Of a stretch of DNA of 64,000 nucleotides, positions 57,402-64,000 are shown piece by piece. Source of the stretch: Candidatus Eiseniibacteriota bacterium (GTDB lineage Bacteria > Eisenbacteria > RBG-16-71-46 > CAIMUX01 > VGJL01). The notes beneath the pieces were generated by a model. The model had not been told where the DNA came from and did not search any database. It saw nothing but the letters and a program-made list of their open reading frames with translations. The stretch's first letter is position 1, and each line of letters begins with the position of its first letter. The position numbers were made by a program, and so were the translations under genes. The stretch lies in the NCBI GenBank assembly GCA_041946735.1, contig JBHGAY010000005.1, positions 1 through 64,000 of the forward strand, in the 5' to 3' direction.

Positions 57402-58565
57402 ATGGCGAAGGAGAAGGAGAAGGAGAAGGAGAAGGAGAGGAAGGTGCAGGTCCGCGAGAGGAACCGCGCGCTCGACGAGAAGACCGTCTCTCTGATCCGC
57501 TCGACCGCGTCGGACATCTACACGCGGATCGGGAAGCGGCAGAAGCCGGAGCTCAAATTCCCCGTGCGCTCGCTCGGCAACGTCTCGTACTCGCAGAAGA
57601 AGGGGTTCCTCGAAATCGGCCGCCAGAGGAAGGTGCGCACGCTCACGGTGAACACGGTGAAGACGTTCGCGCAGACGCTCCGGATGATGGCGCTCTCGAA
57701 GGATCTGATCGAGACGAACGATTTCGCGACGAAGAGGGATGCGTACTACCAGTCGAAGAACTGGGGCGACGCGATGTTCCACGACCAGGTCGAGTCGGAC
57801 ACCGTGATGGACGATATCGAGGCGCTCTTCTCGCAGAGCGAGATCAACCGCGAGCAGCTTCGTTTCATTCCGGACGAGCACGGAGGTGCGGTCGCGGGGG
57901 AGCTGATCGTCCTCGATCCCGATCTCGAAACCGGCGTCGTCGAACGGATCGATTGCACACGTTTCGGCAGCGGCGCCTATTCGATCCCGTCCTCGGTGGA
58001 GCAGCTCGGTTTCGAGACGGGCGCACAGTTCATTCTCGCGATCGAGACCGGCGGTATGTTCCAGAGGCTGCAGAATCACAAGTTCTGGAAGACCGCGAAC
58101 TGCATCCTCGTTTCGATGGGCGGGGTGCCGACGCGCGCGACGCGCCGCTTCATCCGGCGTCTTTCGGACGAGCGGAAGATCCCGGTGTATGCGTTCGTCG
58201 ACTGCGATCCGTATGGGATCTCGAACATCTACCGGACGCTCAAGGTCGGGTCGGGGAACGCCGCGCACATCAACCAGTTCTTCTCCGTGCCGCAGGCCCG
58301 CTTCCTCGGTGTGACGCCGAAGGACATCGAGGAGTACAAGCTGCCGACCCATCCGTTGAAGGAGGTCGACATCAAGCGCGCGAAGGACGCGATCAAGAAC
58401 GATCCATTCTTTCAACGGCACAAGGATTGGAGCGGCGCGATCGAGAAGCTCGTGAAGATGGGGGTTCGCGCCGAGCAGCAGGCGCTGGCGAAATGGGGAC
58501 TGAACTACGTGATCGAGGAATACCTTCCGGCGAAGCTCGCGCACCCGGAACGTTTCCTTCCGTGA
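57402..58565 (+). CDS. top6A: DNA topoisomerase VI subunit A
   Basis: TKRDAYY (catalytic Tyr), QVESD, TOPRIM AIETGGMFQRL, GVPTRATR, DCDPYG, AEQQAL. Confidence 0.95.
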   Translation: MAKEKEKEKEKERKVQVRERNRALDEKTVSLIRSTASDIYTRIGKRQKPELKFPVRSLGNVSYSQKKGFLEIGRQRKVRTLTVNTVKTFAQTLRMMALSKDLIETNDFATKRDAYYQSKNWGDAMFHDQVESDTVMDDIEALFSQSEINREQLRFIPDEHGGAVAGELIVLDPDLETGVVERIDCTRFGSGAYSIPSSVEQLGFETGAQFILAIETGGMFQRLQNHKFWKTANCILVSMGGVPTRATRRFIRRLSDERKIPVYAFVDCDPYGISNIYRTLKVGSGNAAHINQFFSVPQARFLGVTPKDIEEYKLPTHPLKEVDIKRAKDAIKNDPFFQRHKDWSGAIEKLVKMGVRAEQQALAKWGLNYVIEEYLPAKLAHPERFLP

Positions 58566-58572
58566 TCCGATC

Positions 58573-59619
58573 GTGAAGCAGCCGGCCGAGCCGATCCTGA
58601 TCCATCCGCACCTGGGGCCGCTCGGGTGGATCCGGCGCGTCGTGACGGAGGTTTGGTTCTCCTGGAACCGGCATCGTTGCACGCAGCTCGGCGCCGCGAT
58701 CGCCTTCTACGGCATCTTCTCGTTGCTCCCGCTCCTCATCCTGATGACGTCGGTCTTCGGCTTCATCCTCGCGTCGTGGGGAGGCGCAGAGGGCCTGAAG
58801 TTCACGATCTCCCACCTGATCGCCGAGGGAGTCTCCCCGCAGGTGGCCAAGACGGCGGTCGATGCCTTGACCGCGACCGAATCGGCGCGCGGCCAACTCG
58901 GGATCATCGGCGTGCTCATGATCCTCCTGGCCGCGTCGGGCGCCTTCGTGCAGCTCGAGACGGCCGCGCAGATCGTCTGGGACGTCCATCTCCCCGGGCA
59001 GAAGCTCCCATTCCGCCGGCACGTGCTCGGGTTCCTGCGCAATCGCCTCGTCTCCTTCCTGCTGGTCGGGGGAGCGGCGCTGCTCGTCTTTCTCTCGCTC
59101 GTCGTCGACGTGATGCTCAATACCGTCGCGAAGGAGACGCTGGAGGATCTTGGAACGCGCTGGCGCCTGCTCGAGCTGACGATGGGCTTCTTCGCGGCCG
59201 GCGGCATCGTGACGATCCTCTTCCGCTGGCTTCCCGCCCGGCCGGTGCCTTGGCGGGCCGCGCTCGTCGGTGGATGGCTCACGGCCGGACTCTGGGAGGC
59301 CGCGAAGCAAGGCCTGACGGAGTATCTGACACGGGTGGACTATGCGCGCGCCTATCCGATCCTCGGCTCGGCGCTCGCGATCCTGCTGTGGGTCTATTTG
59401 GCGGCGCTCGTCTGGCTGCTCGGCGGCGAGGTCGCGGCGGCGGTGACGCGCATCCTGGAGGAGAGGGGCCAGGCGCCGAAAGCCGACCGTCCCCGCATCG
59501 AGGCGGCGAACGGCCGGCCGGCCGAGCCTCTCGCGCGATCGCGGGAGCCTATCGGAACAGAGAGCGGACCCGCCCCCAGCTCGTCTCCGCCACCGGAACG
59601 ATCCGGTCGGACAGGATGA
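58573..59619 (+). CDS. YihY/BrkB family membrane protein
   Basis: GAAIAFYGIFSLLPLL, ASGAFVQL, WEAAK, LLWVYLAA...LLGGE. Confidence 0.88.
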   Translation: MKQPAEPILIHPHLGPLGWIRRVVTEVWFSWNRHRCTQLGAAIAFYGIFSLLPLLILMTSVFGFILASWGGAEGLKFTISHLIAEGVSPQVAKTAVDALTATESARGQLGIIGVLMILLAASGAFVQLETAAQIVWDVHLPGQKLPFRRHVLGFLRNRLVSFLLVGGAALLVFLSLVVDVMLNTVAKETLEDLGTRWRLLELTMGFFAAGGIVTILFRWLPARPVPWRAALVGGWLTAGLWEAAKQGLTEYLTRVDYARAYPILGSALAILLWVYLAALVWLLGGEVAAAVTRILEERGQAPKADRPRIEAANGRPAEPLARSREPIGTESGPAPSSSPPPERSGRTG

Positions 59620-60217
59620 GCACGTCCATGCGCGTGTCCCCCTCCGGCAGGAGACGGGTGATGCGGAGCGTATAGGTCCCGGCAGGCAGACAGCAGACTC
59701 CGGACGACTGGACCCAGTCGTAGTTCGCGCTGCTTCAGCTGATGCCCGACCCTTCGACCGTTTGCAGGCTGTCCGCCTCCACCACCTCGTCCTGCTCCTC
59801 CAGCACCCATTCGACGAGGTACCCGCGCGTCTTGTCCCATTCCCCCGCGCTCTTCAAGGAATCGACGAAGCAGATCCCATCGGGGAAGAACAAGCTCCAG
59901 ATCTCCAGCCACTCTCCTTCGCCGTCCATTCCGTCGAGGGCATATCCCTCGGTCGCGCCGCTGCACGAGTGGCGGCTGAACGGCTCGCCGCTGCGGTTGC
60001 CGTAGGTGCCGTGAGCAGGGTCGAGGCAGTCGTCCAACTCGATCAAGACGTCTTCGGCGCTCGCCGTGAGGGGCAGCGAGAGACCGAGAAGCACGAGACC
60101 CGAGAGCACGAGACCCGAGAGCATGAGACCGGGGAGCATGAGACCGGGGAGCACGAACCTCGGAAACGCGAGACCCCGAAGGAGACGGATCCTTCGGGAT
60201 ACGAGAGGACGCATCAT
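59549..60217 (-). CDS. Candidate secreted selenoprotein (222 aa, Sec at codon 161) with C-terminal SWGRVRSLFR motif
   Basis: Signal peptide ending ASA; TGA at 59735-37 followed by 61 sense codons SSANYDWVQSSGVCCLPAGTYTLRITRLLPEGDTRMDVLILSDRIVPVAETSWGRVRSLFR and TAG 59549-51; SECIS-like hairpin; RBS GGAGGTGAGG. Confidence 0.8.
59704..59721 (-). promoter_or_regulatory. Candidate bacterial SECIS hairpin
   Basis: Minus strand ACGACTG-GGTC-CAGTCGT perfect 7-bp stem; loop begins 21 nt after UGA; possible lower stem GCAG/CTGC. Confidence 0.75.
60078..60160. repeat. 15-bp tandem repeat (about 5 copies) encoding (V/M)L(P/S)GL in the signal peptide
   Basis: GAGACCSGRGAGCAY units; protein reads VLPGL MLPGL MLSGL VLSGL VLLGL. 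Confidence 0.85.
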
Positions 60218-60348
60218 GACCTCACCTCCATGCCGCGTGGAAGAAGCGCGAGGGGAATGGTAACGCTTCAGGCGCCCGTGGCGCCAACGCGTTTGACCGT
60301 CCCCGTGAGGATCATTAGACTCGGCGGGCACGGGAAGTAGAACGATGC

Positions 60349-61725
60349 ATGATGACGATGCCTGAGCCGGGCTCCAGGCGGCGAAGGCCGCCGGCGCCCA
60401 CGGACGCGAGCGGGCGCTACCCTGCGCCCCGCCTCGACGCGTGGGCGCTCGTGATCGTCTGCGCTGCGCTTCTGCTCCGGCTTCCGCTCCTGCCGCAGGC
60501 CGGCTACGCGCCTGACCTGGCGTACTGGAAGAGCTGGATGTCCTACGCGAGCGCCTATGGAATCCCGCACGTCTACGAGCTCGAGCTTCCGGGACAGACG
60601 TATCCCCCCGTGCTTCTCTACCTGCTCGGGGGGCTCGGCCATGTCTACACGCTGCTCGTCCCGTCCGGAGAGGATTCGCGGCTCCTCACCGCTTTCGTGA
60701 AGATCCCCGCGCTGCTTGCGGACCTGGCGGTCGTCGCGCTTCTCGCGCGTTTCGCGGCCGCGCGCGCGGCGATGCCCGGCCGGGGTGCACGGGACGATGC
60801 GGGGCTGGGGGTGTGTGGGGCCGCGGCGCTCGCCGCGTTCCATCCCGCGCTGATCTGGCTCTCTTCGTACTGGGGGCAGATCGACGCTTTGCTGGGTGGG
60901 CTGGTCGCGGGCGCGTGGCTGGCGCTCCTTGCGCGGCGCGCCGCGCTGGGCGGGATGCTCATCGCTCTCGCCGTCCTGACGAAACCGCAAGGCCTGATCG
61001 TCCTGCCGCCGGCGATCGCGCTCGCCGCGGCGACGACGGGGATGCGCGGGCTCGCGAGAAGCATCGCCGCGGGAGCGGCGACCACGGTGCTCGTCTCGGC
61101 GCCGTTCGTCCTCGCGGGGAGCGGCGGGAAGCTGGCCGGCCTCTATCTCGGCTCCACGGACGTCTATCCATGCTTGTCTCTGAACGCGTGGAATCCCTGG
61201 TGGATCGTGACGCTGCTGTCGGGCGGCGGCCGCGACGCCGGGCTCGTCGGCGATGCGCGCGGGCCGATCCCCGCGCGGCTGCTCGGAGTCGCCCTCTTCC
61301 TCGCTGCGACCGCCTGGACCTGCTGGAGGTGCGCGCGTCTCGGCCGCGACACGGCGGCGGACAGCGGGGAGAAGAGGATCGAGAGGGGCATGCTGCTGCT
61401 GACGTTGCAGTGGCTCTTCTTCTTCCTGCTCCCCACGCAGATCCACGAGCGCTACCTGGTCCCCGCCCTGGTCAGCTTCGCCTTTCCGGTCGTCCTGCGG
61501 CGCCGCTGGTTCGGCGCCTATGCGGCGCTGTCGCTCGCGGTCCTGCTCAATCTCCTGTTCGTCGTGCCGGGGAGCCCGGTCGTCCTGCGGATCGCGCGCG
61601 TCGCCGGCGGCGAGGGGGTCGTCGTGGCGGTGTTCCTCGTCGGGCTGGCCGCCTTCCTCATCATCGGCGAGGTTCGCGGCGGGCGCGAACGATCGCGAAG
61701 CGCGGCCGCCGGCGTGACGCGATGA
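60349..61725 (+). CDS. GT-C fold polyprenol-phosphate-sugar-dependent membrane glycosyltransferase (GT87/DUF2029-like)
   Basis: DLAYWKSW, TYPPV, KIPALLADL, SYWGQIDA, TKPQG, NAWNPW, QIHERYL; many TM helices. Confidence 0.8.
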   Translation: MMTMPEPGSRRRRPPAPTDASGRYPAPRLDAWALVIVCAALLLRLPLLPQAGYAPDLAYWKSWMSYASAYGIPHVYELELPGQTYPPVLLYLLGGLGHVYTLLVPSGEDSRLLTAFVKIPALLADLAVVALLARFAAARAAMPGRGARDDAGLGVCGAAALAAFHPALIWLSSYWGQIDALLGGLVAGAWLALLARRAALGGMLIALAVLTKPQGLIVLPPAIALAAATTGMRGLARSIAAGAATTVLVSAPFVLAGSGGKLAGLYLGSTDVYPCLSLNAWNPWWIVTLLSGGGRDAGLVGDARGPIPARLLGVALFLAATAWTCWRCARLGRDTAADSGEKRIERGMLLLTLQWLFFFLLPTQIHERYLVPALVSFAFPVVLRRRWFGAYAALSLAVLLNLLFVVPGSPVVLRIARVAGGEGVVVAVFLVGLAAFLIIGEVRGGRERSRSAAAGVTR

Positions 61726-63383
61726 CAGCCGCGGCCGCTGGAGGTCACCGCGAGGAGAGGTTCGTCGTTCTCGCCGTCCTGCTCCTCGCTCTCATGCTGC
61801 GGGTGCCGGCGCTCGATCGATTTCCTCCTGCGCTGCACCAGGACGAGGCGAGCAACGGTGTCGACGCCTGGTCGCTGTGGACGACCGGAGCGGACCGCGC
61901 CGGCAGGGTCTGGCCGGTCTTTCTCGAAGGATTCGGCGACGGGGACAACCGGACTTCCCTCTACGCGATCCTGGCGGTCCCGTTCGTCGCACTCCTCGGT
62001 CCCGGCGCCTGGGCGACGCGCCTCCCTGCCGCGCTCGCCGGCGCCTGGACGGTCCTCGCGGCGTACCTGCTGGCTCGCCGGCTTTGGGGGCGCACGGCGG
62101 GGATCACCGCGGCGGTCCTGTTGGCGGCCTGTCCGTGGCATCTATGGCTCTCGCGCTTCGGGCATGAGGCGAGCCTCACGCCGGCGTTTCTCGTCAGCGC
62201 GCTCCTGCTTGTGAGTGGCAGGGGAGGAGCGGGAGCGGAGGCCGCAGGAGAGGAGCGGCCGGTCTCCGCAACGCGATGGGGCCTTGCCGGCGTGGTGCTC
62301 GCCGCCGGGCTCTATTCCTATCCGTCGTACCGGCTCTTCCTGCCGCTCCTGCTCGCCGGATCGCTGCTTGCGTGGGCAGGCCCGCGCCCCGCCACGCGCG
62401 CCGCCCGGCTCGCGTTCCTGGGCGGGCTCGTCATGGCGGCGCTGCCGCTGGCCGTCGCGACGCTCCGCCATCCCGATAGGCTGCTCGCCCGCCCGGAGGC
62501 TGCCTCGGTCTTCGGCAACGTGGAGCCGCTCGGTTCGGCGCTGCTGCTGGCTGCCTGGCAGTACGTCCAGCACTTCGGCCCCTCCTTCCTCTTCCTGCGC
62601 GGCGATGCAAATCCGCTCCAGTCGCTGCCGGGCGGCTCGCTCCTCGCGATCGAGGCGATCACCCTGCCGATCGGGATCTGGGCGGCCGTGCGCCGATGGC
62701 GCGAGCCGTGGAGCCGCCTGCTGCTGCTCTGGCTGCTCCTCTGTCCTCTCGCATCCGCGTTGAGCCTCGGGGATCGTCCGGAGTACGTGCCGCACGCGCT
62801 TCGCGCCGCTGTGGGACTGCCGGTCTTCCAGCTTCTAGGCGGCCTCGGCGCCGCCGCGGCCGTCGCGCGCCTACGAGAGCGCAGCCGCAACGGGGCCAAA
62901 CCGGCAAGTGTCGCGATTGCGATCGGGACGGTTGCAGTTGCCGTCAATGCCGTGCTCGTCCTGGCGCTCGCGCTCGGTCCTTGGTCGCGCAGCGTCGCGC
63001 CGCTCTATCACTCTGCTTGGCCGCCCGCGATGCGCTTCCTGCGCGAGAACCGGGACCGCTTCGGCTCGGCCGTGCTGACAGCCGAGGGCAATCCCCAGGC
63101 GTACGTCTACGCGCTGCTCTACGGCGTGCTCACCCCGCGGGAGTATCGCGACGCGGAGAAAGAGGTCGAGTCGACGGTCACGTTCCATCTCGTCCACCGC
63201 GCCGGCCGGCTCTCGTTCCTGCACGGCCCGGCCGATCTCGAGGCGGCGAAGAGGCTCGCTGGCCAGACGATCTGGGTGGTCGTCGTGCCGGGCCAGCTTC
63301 GGTCGGGGCGGCTGCTTGCCTCGTTCCCGTATCCGGACGGGACTCCGGGGCTCGAGGTGCGCGAGATCGAACTGCGGAGGTAA
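61722..63383 (+). CDS. ArnT/PMT family (GT39/GT83-like) membrane glycosyltransferase
   Basis: HQDEASNGVDA, ATRLPAALAG, PWHLWLSR, YSYPSYRLF; ATGA overlap with the upstream GT. Confidence 0.82.
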   Translation: MTAAAAGGHREERFVVLAVLLLALMLRVPALDRFPPALHQDEASNGVDAWSLWTTGADRAGRVWPVFLEGFGDGDNRTSLYAILAVPFVALLGPGAWATRLPAALAGAWTVLAAYLLARRLWGRTAGITAAVLLAACPWHLWLSRFGHEASLTPAFLVSALLLVSGRGGAGAEAAGEERPVSATRWGLAGVVLAAGLYSYPSYRLFLPLLLAGSLLAWAGPRPATRAARLAFLGGLVMAALPLAVATLRHPDRLLARPEAASVFGNVEPLGSALLLAAWQYVQHFGPSFLFLRGDANPLQSLPGGSLLAIEAITLPIGIWAAVRRWREPWSRLLLLWLLLCPLASALSLGDRPEYVPHALRAAVGLPVFQLLGGLGAAAAVARLRERSRNGAKPASVAIAIGTVAVAVNAVLVLALALGPWSRSVAPLYHSAWPPAMRFLRENRDRFGSAVLTAEGNPQAYVYALLYGVLTPREYRDAEKEVESTVTFHLVHRAGRLSFLHGPADLEAAKRLAGQTIWVVVVPGQLRSGRLLASFPYPDGTPGLEVREIELRR

Positions 63384-63397
63384 TAAGTAGGCGAGAG

Positions 63398-63476
63398 CCC
63401 TGCCTGCCTGCCTGCCTGCCTGTCACCTGCCAACCACCTGCCTACCGCCTGCCTGCCTGCCCACCTGCCTACCTAC
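63398..63476. repeat. Tetranucleotide microsatellite (CCTG/CCTA)n between convergent genes
   Basis: cctgcctgcctgcctgcctgcctg followed by degenerate copies. Confidence 0.85.
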
Positions 63477-64000
63477 CGGAGCATGCGGGCGGCGAGGCGG
63501 CGCGCGCGGTCGGCGTCGCGGGCCGCCCGCTCGCGGAGCGCCGAGGCGGCGGCGCGGTCCCCTTCGGCGATCCGCAACGCGGAGAGCGACTGTGCGGCGT
63601 TCGCCTCGATCGTGAGCCGCTGCGATTCGGGCGCGCCGCGCAGGGCCTCGCCCGCAAGCGCCTGCTCGCACGCGCGCGCCGCGCGTGCGCGAAGCTCCCT
63701 GCCGATCGGTTCCGGGGCGGCGAGCGCGAGGCGGACCATCTCGGTCACGCCGGTGGTCGTCGGGCGCATCGCGACGGACGAGGATGCCGCCTCGAACGCG
63801 TCGCGCCGCCCTCGCTCGTCGAGCGATCCTGCCGTCCGCTCCCGGAACGCGCGGCTCGCCTCGCGGATTGCCGGGTCCTTCCAGGCCGCGGCCGGAGCGG
63901 CGGCGAGGCGGGCGGCTGCGGGGCCGCGAGCGGCGAGGACCGCCTCGTCGTCCGCGTAGAAGCCGGACCATCCGGCGAGCTGCGGGACGAGGAGAGGCAG
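63473..64000 (-). CDS. 3' part of an Ala/Arg-rich helical hypothetical protein, truncated by the window edge
   Basis: Frame is open from 64000 to TAG 63473-75 (LPLLVPQLAGWSGFYADDE...RRLAARMLR) with GC3-rich codons. Confidence 0.65.
   Translation of the reverse strand: MPLLVPQLAGWSGFYADDEAVLAARGPAAARLAAAPAAAWKDPAIREASRAFRERTAGSLDERGRRDAFEAASSSVAMRPTTTGVTEMVRLALAAPEPIGRELRARAARACEQALAGEALRGAPESQRLTIEANAAQSLSALRIAEGDRAAASALRERAARDADRARRLAARMLR

Noticed and set aside
678..58682. Numerous long antisense or alternate-frame ORFs (for example 678-3875, 8870-11806, 45165-47780, 56631-58682)
   Set aside because: Shadow ORFs expected at high GC; Arg/Pro/Ala-rich with no motifs, and they overlap well-supported genes.
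1..64000. Genome-wide UGA reassignment (code 4 or 25) as the explanation for the readthrough candidates
   Set aside because: Many conserved genes end in TGA at their expected C-termini (sdhB, top6A, the OMPs ending in Phe), ATGA overlaps are used, Trp is encoded by TGG, and long conserved genes have no internal TGA.
1..64000. tRNA (including tRNA-Sec), rRNA, selA/selB/selD, transposases, integrases
   Set aside because: None recognised in this window, so the Sec hypothesis depends on machinery encoded elsewhere in the genome.

Overview
GC-rich bacterial chromosomal window with about 47 protein-coding genes. Several secreted proteins end in a FlgD-Ig/T9SS-like tail and one ends in an SWGxxxxLFR motif, which suggests a Ca. 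Eisenbacteria/Latescibacterota/Krumholzibacteriota-like organism (inference only). Housekeeping and metabolic content: tricorn protease, gap, fba, sdhCDAB, two-subunit fumarase, ADP-forming acyl-CoA synthetase, trpS, topoisomerase VI A/B, transporters and glycosyltransferases. I recognised no rRNA, tRNA, CRISPR array or transposase. The strongest hidden signal is three in-frame UGA codons, each followed by a GGU-loop hairpin resembling a bacterial SECIS, all missed or truncated by the ORF track. (1) A secreted beta-sandwich protein (59549-60217, minus) whose frame continues 61 codons past UGA to a C-terminal SWGRVRSLFR motif. (2, 3) A small membrane protein and an FmdB zinc-ribbon protein flanking a two-Cys BigR/SqrR-type ArsR regulator (43211-44088); the FmdB case is the weakest. 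Other highlights: a four-gene cytochrome operon built around a Cyc2-like cytochrome-porin fusion, including a cytochrome with a contracted CXCH motif; a fungal-type fused homoaconitase paired with a PrpD-family dehydratase; two tandem ~1100-aa Cys-rich secreted paralogs; a voltage-sensor channel with a TTMGSAY filter; and an HTH plus AT-hook protein divergent from top6BA. All family calls come from motif recognition by eye; no database searches were run.
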